Shown in pieces: positions 29,635 through 39,375 of a stretch of 64,000 bases of DNA. This stretch comes from Longimicrobiales bacterium (GTDB lineage Bacteria; Gemmatimonadota; Gemmatimonadetes; Longimicrobiales; Gaopeijiaceae). The translations under genes were made by a program, and so were the position numbers. Numbering within the stretch: the first letter of the stretch is position 1; each line of letters opens with the position of its first letter. Location: NCBI GenBank assembly GCA_965116905.1, contig OZ220732.1, positions 1,440,001-1,504,000 on the forward strand. Reading direction: 5' to 3'. A model generated the notes under the pieces. It was not told the DNA's origin, did not search any database, and saw only the letters and a list, made by a program, of their open reading frames with translations.

Positions 29635-29674
29635 TACACTAGCCGCCGGACGACCGGAATCGGAGACCTGGCTG

Positions 29675-30139
29675 ATGGGAAGACTGTGGGGTGGCGGAGC
29701 CCTGATCGCGATCGCGCTCTTCGTGGTGCTGGGATTCGTGCGCTCGGAGGTCGACCCGCTGGCCCTCTCCACGATTGTGGCGCTCGCAATCGGGGCCGGG
29801 CTCCCGGCCGGCGGGGCCGCGTGGCTGCTGGCACGCCACTTCGGGGCTCGCCGCCGTATTGGGCAACGCCGCGAACAGCTCCGCCGCGACACAATCGAGG
29901 CGGAAGTCCTGAGGATGGCGGGGCGGAACGACGGTCGGCTGACCGCGGTTGAGGTCGCGGGCGAACTGGCCGTGTCACCGGCGATGGCCGAGGAGGTGCT
30001 GAACGGGCTGATGACGAGGGAGCTGGCCGAGATCGAAGTCACCGATTCGGGCCTTCTGGTGTACACCTTTCACGACGTGCGGCACCTTTCCGAGAAGGCC
30101 GCCGCGAGGGGAATCCTCGAGCCTTCGACCGGGCCGTGA
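29675..30139 (+). CDS. Hypothetical membrane protein with a C-terminal winged-helix-like domain
   Basis: Two TM helices, then GRLTAVEVAGELAVS...AEIEVTDSGLLVYTF. Confidence 0.65.
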   Translation: MGRLWGGGALIAIALFVVLGFVRSEVDPLALSTIVALAIGAGLPAGGAAWLLARHFGARRRIGQRREQLRRDTIEAEVLRMAGRNDGRLTAVEVAGELAVSPAMAEEVLNGLMTRELAEIEVTDSGLLVYTFHDVRHLSEKAAARGILEPSTGP

Positions 30140-30795
30140 GCGAGCCGCGCTGGCCGTGTCCCGTCTGTGTCGGCGTCAAGATGGAGAAGGCGACCGTGGT
30201 CACGAGGGGCGACGATGGCGCTGGCGAACTCACCCTCGATCATTGTCCCCGATGCGGGGGCATGTGGTTCGAGCTGGGCGAGGTGCAGCGGCTGCGTTCG
30301 GAACCGCCCGAGTCGCTGTGGACGCATGTGCCGACCCGCACCGAACGGCACCGGGCGCAGTGTCACGCCTGCCGTGCGTTCCTCGACCGCGACGAGCGCG
30401 AATGCGGCGCGTGCGGTGCGAAGGCCCGCCTGAACTGCCCCGCCTGCGACACCCAAATGCTGTGGGCTCGCCGGTCGGAGCTGACCCTCGACGTGTGCAA
30501 GCGGTGCAAGGGCGTGTGGTTCGACCACCACGAAGTTGAAGCGATCTGGAAGCTCAAGCGCGATCAGCTCGTCGCGAAGCGAAGGCGGCGAGGGAAGCTC
30601 AGGCAGACCACGGACGGGGAGGGCGCGGCACTCCTGTTCGAGGGTGTGTTCTGGGCGCCGGAGCTGCTGGCCGCGCCGGGGTACGCCGCTTCGGCCGCGG
30701 CAGAGGCGGCGCCGGTTGTGGGAGAGGCCGTCGGCAAGGCGGCGTCCAGCGTGTTCGAGACGATCGTGGAGATCGTGGTGGGGGTGCTGGGCTGA
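30136..30795 (+). CDS. Multi zinc-ribbon (zf-TFIIB-like) protein
   Basis: Six CxxC motifs; DHCPRCGGMWFELGE and DVCKRCKGVWFDHHE repeats. Confidence 0.8.
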   Translation: MSEPRWPCPVCVGVKMEKATVVTRGDDGAGELTLDHCPRCGGMWFELGEVQRLRSEPPESLWTHVPTRTERHRAQCHACRAFLDRDERECGACGAKARLNCPACDTQMLWARRSELTLDVCKRCKGVWFDHHEVEAIWKLKRDQLVAKRRRRGKLRQTTDGEGAALLFEGVFWAPELLAAPGYAASAAAEAAPVVGEAVGKAASSVFETIVEIVVGVLG

Positions 30796-30798
30796 AGG

Positions 30799-30819
30799 GG
30801 GGGGCGGCGATCGCCCCCC
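30799..30819. terminator. GC hairpin between convergent genes
   Basis: GGGGGGCG-GCGAT-CGCCCCCC; no U-tract. Confidence 0.35.
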
Positions 30820-31328
30820 TATTCCAGCACCAGATCCCCGATCAGGTGCGTGGCGTGCTCCCACTCGTCGAGGGGCGCCTTCCAGTCGCGGTCGCGGATC
30901 CGTCGCAGGTAGGTCATCTGGGCCAGGTGATAGAGATAGTGCTGCGCGATGTGCACCACATCCGCCCCCAGCCGCGCCCCTGTCTCGCCGTCGAGCGAGG
31001 TCCGCTCGGCCATGAGGTCCGCGTCGCTCTTGCACCCCTCCACCTCCGCCAGAATCTGCTCCTGGATCGTGCGCATCCGCCCGGCGACCTCGTCGACCGT
31101 CCCCGGGGCGTCGTGGCTGATCACGGGCTCGATTCCGAGCCGTTTCAGGAACCAGACATCGACGCGGTACATGTGGCGGCACATCTTGCCGATCCCGCGC
31201 GATCCGGGCGCGGGGTTCCAGTCGAAGTCCTCCTGCGCGATCCCGTCGAGCACCGTGAACAGCGACTTGCGCGCGGCCTCGAAGAGCTCGACGGTGCGGG
31301 CGATCCGGGTGCGGTGCGATTGGCTCAA
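30819..31328 (-). CDS. DinB/YfiT family protein
   Basis: DWNPAPGSRGIGKMCRHM...HIAQHYLYHLAQM His triad. Confidence 0.85.
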   Translation of the reverse strand: MSQSHRTRIARTVELFEAARKSLFTVLDGIAQEDFDWNPAPGSRGIGKMCRHMYRVDVWFLKRLGIEPVISHDAPGTVDEVAGRMRTIQEQILAEVEGCKSDADLMAERTSLDGETGARLGADVVHIAQHYLYHLAQMTYLRRIRDRDWKAPLDEWEHATHLIGDLVLE

Positions 31329-31366
31329 TTCGGGTCTCTCGGGGTCGTCTCAGGGTCCTCTCGGGG

Positions 31367-31693
31367 CTACCCCTGCCCGAGCTGATGCGTGTCCTTCAGG
31401 CGCTCCACAGTCTCGGCGAAGGTGTGGACCGGAACGATCTCCAGCATGTTGAACGAGGCGAGGCCGGTGTCGATGGCGAATCGTTCGATCGAGTGGGGAT
31501 CATCCGCTTCCACGATCCACAGGAACGTGTGTTCCAGCGCCGAATGGTACTGTGCCTCGATCCGCCGGATACCGTAGGTCTCGGCGATATGCGCCGGGTC
31601 GAGCGCGGCGACGTCGACGAACACCTGGGCGTACTTCCGTACGTAGATGGGACAGGTTTCGGGCGTGTGGCTACCGTAGATTCCGTATAGCAT
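31367..31693 (-). CDS. Hypothetical protein (GYD/DUF3303-like)
   Basis: MLYGIYGSHTPETCP...HTFLWIVEADD; family assignment is tentative. Confidence 0.55.
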   Translation of the reverse strand: MLYGIYGSHTPETCPIYVRKYAQVFVDVAALDPAHIAETYGIRRIEAQYHSALEHTFLWIVEADDPHSIERFAIDTGLASFNMLEIVPVHTFAETVERLKDTHQLGQG

Positions 31694-31794
31694 GGCTGGC
31701 AATCCGTGAAGAGGGCGAGGAACGGTAACCAGCGGGAACGTCCGTGGACAACCTTGGTGACACGGGATCGAGAATCCATTATTGTGACAAACAC

Positions 31795-32211
31795 ATGAAC
31801 GACACTCTCGCAATCACCCGGTCGAGTACGCATCTGGCCTCTGCATCGCGGCTGGCTGCGTGCGCGTCGCTGTGGTGTGGCGTGCACTGTGCGCTCACGC
31901 CGTTCCTGGCCGTGGCGGCACCCGCGCTGGCGCTTTCCGAAGGCCTTGAGCGGGCCTTCTGGCTGGGGACCGTCGTTGTCGGCGCGTTGGTGCTCTTCAT
32001 GGGTCCGGCCCGCAGGAACACGGCCCTGATCTCCACCTTCGCGGGAGGGGCCTTGCTCTGGGCCGCCTCGCTGGCCGGCTGGCTCGAGCCGGTGCCCGAG
32101 ACCGTGACGTCGGCCGCCGGCAGTCTGATCGTTGCGGGCGCGATGGTCCGGAGTGCCCGCATCTGCAAGGCCGGCGATTGCTCGGTGTGCGCCGACGCCG
32201 AAGAGGATTGA
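31795..32211 (+). CDS. MerC-like membrane protein
   Basis: ASLWCGVHCALTP motif, four TMs, Cys-rich C-terminus. Confidence 0.7.
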   Translation: MNDTLAITRSSTHLASASRLAACASLWCGVHCALTPFLAVAAPALALSEGLERAFWLGTVVVGALVLFMGPARRNTALISTFAGGALLWAASLAGWLEPVPETVTSAAGSLIVAGAMVRSARICKAGDCSVCADAEED

Positions 32212-32244
32212 TTGAGGCGACTCCGGACGCCGCCCGATCCAGCC

Positions 32245-32301
32245 CCGCCCTCCTACGGTAGCTCCGCCGTACTGGGGTAGCTCCGCCGTCCTACGGCAGC
32301 C
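32245..32301. repeat. Imperfect 19-bp tandem repeat x3 including the stop of the PQQ gene
   Basis: CCGCCCTCCTACGGTAGCT / CCGCCGTACTGGGGTAGCT / CCGCCGTCCTACGGCAGCC. Confidence 0.8.
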
Positions 32302-33961
32302 CGAACACGAACATCGTCCCGCCCGCCGAGTTCACGATCCGCTGCTGTCCGTCGATCTCGAACGACATCGGGCCGCTCCGCACCGCCGCACCGGCCTGGA
32401 AGTTCCACAGCGGCTCACCGGTCTCGGCATCGAGGGCGAAGATGTTGCCCTCTTCGCTCCCGCCGAACACGAGGTTGCCCGCCGTCGCCATCACCCCGGC
32501 CCAGGGTGGCGACTGTAGCGGGAATTCCCACGTGAGCTCGCCGGTGAGCACGTCGAGCGCCTTGATCGCGCCGCTCGCCTCCTCGCCGCGCAGCGCCTGC
32601 TCGCCGCCGCCCATGAACGGCTGGCCGGGCTCGTACTCGACCTCGGCCTTGTAGTAGATCGCGCCCATGATGCGCGTCGGCTGGTAGAACAGGCGCGTCA
32701 TCGGGCTGTAGCTGGGGCTGAACCAGTTGGCCGCACCCTGCAGGCTGGGCCACACCAGGTTGCCCTCTTCGGTGGGATCGGTGCCGGGGATCACGATCGG
32801 CCGCCCGTTCTCGTCCAGTCCTTCCGCCCAGGTCTGTTTCGAATACTGGGCGCCGTGCAGAAACTCGCCGGTTTCCCGGTCCAGCACGTAGTAGAACGCG
32901 TTCCGGTTGGCGGTGACGACAAGCTTGCGCGGCTCGCCCTCCCACTCGGCGTCGACCAGCACCTGGATCTGGTTGGCGTCCCAGTCGTGGGTGTCGTGCG
33001 GGGTGAACTGGAACCACCACACGATCTCGCCCGTGTCGGGATCGAGCGCGAGGAGGCAGTCCGTGTAGAGGTTGTCGCCGGGGCGCACGTCGCCGTTCCA
33101 GTCGGGCGCCGGGTTGCCGACCGGCCAGTAGAGCAGGTCGAGTTCGGGGTCGTACGAGCCGGTCAGCCACGTCGATCCGCCGCCCGTCTCCCAGCTGTTG
33201 CCGCCCCAGGTGTCGCTGCCGAACTCGCCGGGGGCCGGAATCGTGTAGGTGCGCCAGATCAGCTCGCCGGTGTCCGGATCATAGGCGTCGATGAAGCCGC
33301 GCACCCCCGCCTCCGCGCCCGAGACGCCCACGATGATCTTCCCGTCCAGCGCCAGCGGCGCCAGCGTCAGCGAGAACCCGATCGCGTTGTCGGCCACCTC
33401 GACGTCCCACCTGACCGCCCCGGACCGCGCGTCGAGCGCCACGAGGTGCGCGTCGAGCGTCCCCACGTAGAGCGTCGAGCCCAGGATCGCGACCCCCCGG
33501 TTCACCTCGGGGAAGCCGATGTGCAGCACGTCGGATCCCATCCGCGGCGTCCATTTCCACAGCCGTTTTCCCGTGCGCGCGTCCAACGCCGTCACCGAAC
33601 TCGGCGGCTCGGTCACGTACATGACCCCGTCGGCCACGATCGGCGTCGTCTCGATCAGCCCCTCGTCCATCTGGTAGGCCCACATCACGCGCAGATCCGC
33701 CACGTTCCCCGCGTTGATCTGGTCCAACCGCGAGAACCGGTGCGACGCATAGTTGCCCGAGTAGGTCAGCCAGCTCTCGGGCTCGGAATCGGCCGCGACG
33801 AGGCGCTCGTAGGGGACCTGCGCGGTGGCCGGTTGAGCCATTGCCACGCCCAGCACCAAGGCCAGCGCCAGAGTCAGCGCCGGGGCCATTCCCGAACCTG
33901 CGCACCCGATGCGAGCCGCGAGCCCGCAGCCGTCCGGCATCTTCATGCTCCGTCTCCTCAT
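32291..33961 (-). CDS. PQQ-dependent dehydrogenase (methanol/ethanol dehydrogenase family)
   Basis: Signal peptide, PQQ beta-propeller repeats, ETTP, NRGVA, GAEAGVRG, GNPAP, TPHDTHDWD. Confidence 0.92.
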   Translation of the reverse strand: MRRRSMKMPDGCGLAARIGCAGSGMAPALTLALALVLGVAMAQPATAQVPYERLVAADSEPESWLTYSGNYASHRFSRLDQINAGNVADLRVMWAYQMDEGLIETTPIVADGVMYVTEPPSSVTALDARTGKRLWKWTPRMGSDVLHIGFPEVNRGVAILGSTLYVGTLDAHLVALDARSGAVRWDVEVADNAIGFSLTLAPLALDGKIIVGVSGAEAGVRGFIDAYDPDTGELIWRTYTIPAPGEFGSDTWGGNSWETGGGSTWLTGSYDPELDLLYWPVGNPAPDWNGDVRPGDNLYTDCLLALDPDTGEIVWWFQFTPHDTHDWDANQIQVLVDAEWEGEPRKLVVTANRNAFYYVLDRETGEFLHGAQYSKQTWAEGLDENGRPIVIPGTDPTEEGNLVWPSLQGAANWFSPSYSPMTRLFYQPTRIMGAIYYKAEVEYEPGQPFMGGGEQALRGEEASGAIKALDVLTGELTWEFPLQSPPWAGVMATAGNLVFGGSEEGNIFALDAETGEPLWNFQAGAAVRSGPMSFEIDGQQRIVNSAGGTMFVFGLP

Positions 33962-34791
33962 GATCCCCTCCCGAGGGTCGTCAGGTACGCAACCAGGTCT
34001 TCCACGTCGTCTTCGTCGAGGTCCTGCGCCACCGGCATCAGCGAGTGCCCGACACGCTTCTCCATCTCGGCGATCTCGCTCTTGCGAAGCGACACGAAGG
34101 TCCCCGAAACCGTCATGAGCTGAATCGTGAACGAGTCCTCGTTCATCCGCATGCCGTTGTAGATGTCGCCGTCGCGCGTCACGATCCGCACCGGCAGGTA
34201 CTCGAAAAAGCCGCTCCTCGCCCCGGACCGCGCGACGGGCAGCCGGGCGGCGGGCGCGCTCAGGGCCTCGCGCAGGTAGTCCGCCCCCCGACGCAGCCCG
34301 ACGATCGTCAACTCAGGCCCGACGGCCGTACCCTGCCCGGCAACGATGTGGCACGAGGCGCAGTCACCGTCCGCCCAGAAGAGGTCGTGGCCCCGGTCGG
34401 CGTCGCCGGCAACCGTCGAGGCGTCCGCGGCAGCCTGCGCTCCGAGCCGGAGCACGTAGCCGGCCACCAGCGACACCGCGTCGTCGTCCAGCACCGTAGC
34501 GCGAGCCCCGGGCATGCCCGTCCCCGGGATCCCGAAGCGGATGATGCGTTCGAGCTGCCCCTGATCGGCAACCCTCGGCAGCGCGAGCTGAGCCAGTTCG
34601 GGCCCCTCGCCACCGAGCCCCTGAACGCCGTGGCAGCGCGCGCAGTGGGCGCGATAGAGCGTCTCGGCGCGCTCGGCATCTTCCAGTGCGACCGGCGTGT
34701 CAATAGCCTCCTGGGCCACCGCGGGCGCGCATGGGAGCAGCAGGATCGGTGCCGCGAGCAACAGCGGCCAGGTGGTCCGCGCGGTCCGCAT
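33958..34791 (-). CDS. Dihaem c-type cytochrome, likely partner of the PQQ enzyme
   Basis: Signal peptide, CARCH and CASCH motifs, distal Met candidates (GMP, SLMP); ATGA overlap with the dehydrogenase. Confidence 0.88.
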   Translation of the reverse strand: MRTARTTWPLLLAAPILLLPCAPAVAQEAIDTPVALEDAERAETLYRAHCARCHGVQGLGGEGPELAQLALPRVADQGQLERIIRFGIPGTGMPGARATVLDDDAVSLVAGYVLRLGAQAAADASTVAGDADRGHDLFWADGDCASCHIVAGQGTAVGPELTIVGLRRGADYLREALSAPAARLPVARSGARSGFFEYLPVRIVTRDGDIYNGMRMNEDSFTIQLMTVSGTFVSLRKSEIAEMEKRVGHSLMPVAQDLDEDDVEDLVAYLTTLGRGS

Positions 34792-34967
34792 GTGGGTCGT
34801 TCCTTCGCGGAAGGGGTGGGTGGGGCAGTGCGACGGTTACCATACGGCGGCCACCGTTCCGCGGACAAGACGGTTTTGGGTGCCCACCGCGGGGGGAGGT
34901 TCGCGGCCGCCGCCCGGCTGCCCCGGACGTCAACTGGCCACCGTACGGACCCGGCGTGCCCGCGCGG

Positions 34968-35951
34968 TTACCGCCTCTCCCCCAGCGGCCTCCCGTCCAA
35001 CCCCCACGCCGGATCGATCGCGAAGCCGAGGTGGGCGAGCGCGGTAACCGGGATGTCCACGATGTAGGCGGGTCCGGGGGGTGGCCAGTCGGCGGTGACG
35101 GCGCCCGGGACGCTGCCCGTGCTGCCCGCCCTGCCGCCTGCGCCGCTGTCTCCCAACCCGCTCGCCAGGATGAAGATCGTCATCTCTTCGGGCGAGTCCC
35201 CGCCATGACCCCCGTCTTCGCGCCGTCCGTGGTCGGTGCTGATCAGCACCAGCCAGTCCTCGTTCGCGTACCCGGGACGGGCCCGCACCGCATCGATCAA
35301 CATGCCGACGTGCCGGTCGGACAGCGCGATCGCGTCCCGATACTCGACCCCGATCGAGCCGTGCTGGTGGCTGGTCTCGTCGGGGTTGCCAAGGTAGACG
35401 AACATGGCGTCGGGGTCCGCCTGACCAAGATGGTGCACGGCCTGGGCGGTGACTTCGCCGTCGCCTTCGGCCCACCCGTGGTCGTACCCGTTCAGCACGA
35501 CGCGCGTGTCGATCGCGTCGGGGAGCACCGGGCCGCCCTCCGGCAGCTCCGCCAGCGGCAGCCAGTCGACCGCGGCGAAGGTGGCCAGCTCGGGGCGCTC
35601 GCGTTCGATGCGCGTGAGGAAGCCGGGCCAGCTGTCGTAGTCGCGGCCCGTGAAGCTGTTGTTGGTGACGCCGTGCTTCCCGGGCCAGACACCGGTCAGC
35701 ATCGAGGACCACGACGGGCCGCTCACCGATGGCGTGGTGGTACGCGCCTCGGCCGTGTACCAGCCGCCCGCGGCCAGCGCGTCGATGTTGGGCGTCGGCA
35801 CCTCGGCAAGCACGTCCGGACGCACGCCGTCGATCCCGATCAGCAGGACCTTCGGGGTCGGCTGGGCGGCCAGCCCCGCGGAGACCGCCAGGGCGAGCGC
35901 CGCGGAGGTGGCCATGACGCGCGCCGCGGTCGGGATCCGTGTGCGCCTCAT
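34968..35951 (-). CDS. Alkaline phosphatase superfamily (nucleotide pyrophosphatase/phosphodiesterase-like) protein, secreted
   Basis: LLIGIDGVRPD, SGPSWSSMLTG, DETSH, STDHG, HGG. Confidence 0.88.
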   Translation of the reverse strand: MRRTRIPTAARVMATSAALALAVSAGLAAQPTPKVLLIGIDGVRPDVLAEVPTPNIDALAAGGWYTAEARTTTPSVSGPSWSSMLTGVWPGKHGVTNNSFTGRDYDSWPGFLTRIERERPELATFAAVDWLPLAELPEGGPVLPDAIDTRVVLNGYDHGWAEGDGEVTAQAVHHLGQADPDAMFVYLGNPDETSHQHGSIGVEYRDAIALSDRHVGMLIDAVRARPGYANEDWLVLISTDHGRREDGGHGGDSPEEMTIFILASGLGDSGAGGRAGSTGSVPGAVTADWPPPGPAYIVDIPVTALAHLGFAIDPAWGLDGRPLGERR

Positions 35952-36391
35952 CGTCCGGCCACCGTCTCTGCAATCCGCTCCAGGCAGATCGTCCACCCCT
36001 CCTTGTGACCGTCCCGGTCATCGGGCGTCGGGAATCCGTCATGCGTCAGACGGATCTCGGTCCCATCCTCGACCGGCACCAGGTCGACCGTGACCACCGT
36101 CTCCGCGTTCATCGCGTGCGCCTCCTCCTTCCAGCCCCAAGTGTACACGAGCCGCCGAGGCGGGTCGACTTCACGGTAGGTGCCGTGGGCGGTGAACGGC
36201 CCGCCCTCCACGTGCATGCGGATGGAGTAGTGCCCGCCCACCCGCAGGTCGATCTCCACGTCCACGCGCGCGCCCGGGTCGGGGCATGTCCAGAGCTTCA
36301 CCTGCTCCGGGTTGGTCCACGCCTCGAAGACCCGCTCGGGACTTGCGTCCAGGGTGCGAACGATGTGCAGTGCTCCTGTCGTCTCGGTCAT
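35948..36391 (-). CDS. SRPBCC/AHSA1 domain protein
   Basis: ASPERVFEAWTNPE, DLRVGG, PPRRLVYTW, H.EGW. Confidence 0.9.
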   Translation of the reverse strand: MTETTGALHIVRTLDASPERVFEAWTNPEQVKLWTCPDPGARVDVEIDLRVGGHYSIRMHVEGGPFTAHGTYREVDPPRRLVYTWGWKEEAHAMNAETVVTVDLVPVEDGTEIRLTHDGFPTPDDRDGHKEGWTICLERIAETVAGR

Positions 36392-36398
36392 CGGTCCG

Positions 36399-36731
36399 TC
36401 ACTCCCCTTCCTTCAGGTACCGGGCCAGCGCGTCCATCTGTGTGGACCAGTAGCGCTGGTGGGCCTCCAGCCAGTCCTTCGCCTCGGCGACAGCGGCGGG
36501 TTCGAACCGGCAACGCCGCGACCTCCCCTCCTTCTTCCGGCTGATCAGCCCGGCGTCTTCGAGGATCCGCACGTGTCGAGACACCGCCACGAGCGATATG
36601 TCGAAGGGTTCGGCCAGCGCGGTGACCGACGCGATCTCACCCCGGGCGAGGCGCCCCAGAATGGCGCGCCGGGCCGGATGGGACAGGGCGGCAAAGGTGC
36701 GGTCGAGGGTGTCTTCCTGGACGGCAGGCAT
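36399..36731 (-). CDS. ArsR/SmtB family transcriptional regulator
   Basis: FAALSHPARRAIL...VSRHVRILEDAGLI...GR. Confidence 0.92.
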   Translation of the reverse strand: MPAVQEDTLDRTFAALSHPARRAILGRLARGEIASVTALAEPFDISLVAVSRHVRILEDAGLISRKKEGRSRRCRFEPAAVAEAKDWLEAHQRYWSTQMDALARYLKEGE

Positions 36732-36780
36732 GACGGACTCCGGTCGCGGGGGACTGTCGGGATGTCAGGTGGATGGGACG

Positions 36781-36806
36781 AATACTAAACATAATGGTTA
36801 AGTATT
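36781..36806. promoter_or_regulatory. Palindromic operator candidate (probable ArsR site) in the divergent promoter
   Basis: AATACTAAAC-ATAATG-GTTAAGTATT, 9/10 inverted repeat, 50 bp upstream of the ArsR start. Confidence 0.6.
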
Positions 36807-36880
36807 AGCGCTGCCACGGCTCCCTAACGTATGCCTGCGAGGCACTGTCCGATCTGCGGACCCCGAACAGGAGAGTGCCG

Positions 36881-39358
36881 ATGCACCAGCGAACTACCGC
36901 CGACCGAACTCCGCCAGGTCTTTCCATACTCTTCCTCCTGGCCTCGCAAATCGTACCGCTGTCCGCCCTTGGCGCCCAGGACACCCGCTCCATCCAGGGA
37001 GTCGTCCGCGATTCCCTGAACGGCGAAGCCATCGTGCACGCGGCGGTCGCGGTCGCCGGGACGGCGTACCAGGTCAACACGAACGCGGACGGCTTCTTCA
37101 CGTTGGTGGGAGCCCCGCGCGAATCCTTCAACCTTCGAATCGTCCATATCGGCTACACACCCGTCGAAGTAATCGTGGATTCCGACTTCACCGGCAGGCT
37201 CAACATCGAGATTGCTCCACTGCCCGTGGAGTTGGAGGGAGTCGAGTTCGTAGCTGGCGAGTACCGCCTGATAAAGGCCACGGACGGCGTGAGCCGGGTC
37301 GCGGCGTCGCCTGCGGAAATGGCCGTGCTACCATCGGTTGGGGAGGTCGATGTCTTTCGCTCACTTCAGCTCCTGCCCGGAATCAGCGGCACGCGGGAGT
37401 CGTCTTCGGGGCTCTACGTGCGGGGCGGCACCCCGGATCAGAATCTCGTATTGCTCGACGGAATCACCGTCTACCACGTCGATCACTTCTTCGGGTTCTT
37501 CAGCGCCTTCAATGCCGAGGCGATCAAGGACATCCAGGTCTACAAGGGAGCGTATCCCGCACAATACGGTGGCCGGGTGTCCAGCGTAGTCGACATGGTC
37601 GGCAAGTCCGGCGATCCCGAGCGGATGCACTATGGCGCCGGTCTCAACCTACTCAGCGCCAGCGGCACCTTTCAGACCCCCATCGGGTCAACGGCCAATC
37701 TTCTGGTCACCGGGCGTCGCTCCTACACCGACGTAGTCCGAACGGGCCTGTACAACAGCATCTTCGACGTGTTCAACGTCAACACCGGACCGCAGGCGCC
37801 TGCGGGTGGCGGAGCCGGCGGGGGACGTGGCTTCGGCGGGGCGGGAGGGCTTTTCGGGTCCGCGAACCAGGACGCGGCGACACCGGACTTCCACTTCTAC
37901 GACCTCAACGCCAAGCTGACCTGGCTGCCGGGAGACCGGGACGTCGTCGCGTTCAGCCTCTACGGCGGACGCGACCATCTGGACAAGTCGCAGCAGCGGT
38001 CCCTGTCTTTCACCCCCAGGGGCCAGGCGGGCGACCAGAACTTCACCACGGCCATCGGTGACCTGACCGACTGGGGCAACCGCGGCGCGTCGGGCCGCTG
38101 GGGCCGCCAATGGGCGGGCGGGCTCACGACCAACGTGCTCGCCGCCTATTCCGAGTACACCTCCGACTACGGCCGCAACACGCGGGTGACCATTTCGGAC
38201 CCGGAGACCGCTGAAGTCACGCTGACCCGGGACCTGCAGTCGACCGAGGACAACTTCCTCACCGATCTCACCCTGCGAGCCGACAACGAGTGGCGTCCCT
38301 CGCCCGAGCACAATCTGCGCTTCGGCGGGTGGTTCAGCGCGACCGGCGCCGAATACCGCTACGTGAGGAACGACAGCATCACGATTCTGGACCAGACCCA
38401 GTCATCCACGCGCGTGGCGGCCTACGCGCAGGACACCTGGGACGTGGCGGAGCGGTTCTCGCTGACGGCCGGCGGCCGCGTCTCGTACGATCAGGCCACG
38501 GCAAGGAGCTATCTGGAGCCCCGCGCGTCCGCACGCCTGGCGCTGACCGACAGGGTCACGCTGAAGACGGCGGCCGGGCGATACCACCAGTTCGTCAACC
38601 GCGTCATAAACGAGAACGTGTCCGAAGGTTCACGCGACTTCTGGCTGCTCGTCGACAACGATCTCGTCGACGTGACCGCGTCGGACCACCTTGTGGCCGG
38701 GATGTCCTACGAGACCGACGGCTACCTGTTCGACATCGAGCTGTATCGCAAGGAGACGACGGGGCTGTCGGAGTTCTCGCTGAGGTTCCGTCGCAACAAC
38801 ATCGATCCGCTCAACCTGTTCTACGCGGGGACCGGGCTGGCACAGGGCGCGGAGCTTCTCGCCCAGAAGAAATTCGGAGCCTTCACCGGCTGGGTCTCGT
38901 ACACGCTTGCCGAGGTGCGCAACACCTTCCCCGAACTCAACGGCGGCAACTCGTTCCCCGCTCTCCACGACCAGCTTCACGAACTGAAGGCTGTCGGCAC
39001 TCTGTCGCTGGGCCGGTGGGATCTGGCGTCGACGTGGACGTTCGGATCGGGCACGCCCTACACGGCTCCTCAAGGGGAATACAGCGTCCAACTCCTTGAC
39101 GGAAGCTCCTTCAGCTACATCAACGTCAGTGCGAAGAACGGCCTGCGGCTGCCGGCCTATCACCGGCTCGATCTCAGCGCGCGCTACCGCTTCTCTCTCG
39201 GCGACTACGGTGGCGACCTGGGCATCTCGGTCTTCAACGCCTACGACCGCGCCAACGTCTGGTATCGCCAGTTCGAACTCGACACGACCCCCGCCATCGT
39301 CACCGACGTCAACTACGTCGGGCGGGTCCTCAACCTCTCCGTCCGCTTCAACCGCTAG
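36881..39358 (+). CDS. TonB-dependent receptor with N-terminal carboxypeptidase-regulatory-like domain
   Basis: LQLLPGI, LYVRGGTPDQNLVLLDG plug motif, YGGRVSSV, LPAYHRLDLS. Confidence 0.93.
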   Translation: MHQRTTADRTPPGLSILFLLASQIVPLSALGAQDTRSIQGVVRDSLNGEAIVHAAVAVAGTAYQVNTNADGFFTLVGAPRESFNLRIVHIGYTPVEVIVDSDFTGRLNIEIAPLPVELEGVEFVAGEYRLIKATDGVSRVAASPAEMAVLPSVGEVDVFRSLQLLPGISGTRESSSGLYVRGGTPDQNLVLLDGITVYHVDHFFGFFSAFNAEAIKDIQVYKGAYPAQYGGRVSSVVDMVGKSGDPERMHYGAGLNLLSASGTFQTPIGSTANLLVTGRRSYTDVVRTGLYNSIFDVFNVNTGPQAPAGGGAGGGRGFGGAGGLFGSANQDAATPDFHFYDLNAKLTWLPGDRDVVAFSLYGGRDHLDKSQQRSLSFTPRGQAGDQNFTTAIGDLTDWGNRGASGRWGRQWAGGLTTNVLAAYSEYTSDYGRNTRVTISDPETAEVTLTRDLQSTEDNFLTDLTLRADNEWRPSPEHNLRFGGWFSATGAEYRYVRNDSITILDQTQSSTRVAAYAQDTWDVAERFSLTAGGRVSYDQATARSYLEPRASARLALTDRVTLKTAAGRYHQFVNRVINENVSEGSRDFWLLVDNDLVDVTASDHLVAGMSYETDGYLFDIELYRKETTGLSEFSLRFRRNNIDPLNLFYAGTGLAQGAELLAQKKFGAFTGWVSYTLAEVRNTFPELNGGNSFPALHDQLHELKAVGTLSLGRWDLASTWTFGSGTPYTAPQGEYSVQLLDGSSFSYINVSAKNGLRLPAYHRLDLSARYRFSLGDYGGDLGISVFNAYDRANVWYRQFELDTTPAIVTDVNYVGRVLNLSVRFNR

Positions 39359-39375
39359 ACACGGGAGCGAAAGAC

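Noticed and set aside
31765..31794. Fur/Zur-like box upstream of the MerC-like gene
   Set aside because: AT-rich, but with no convincing palindrome.
32245..32301. Short repeats as a CRISPR array
   Set aside because: The units are directly tandem with no spacers, and there are no cas genes in the window.
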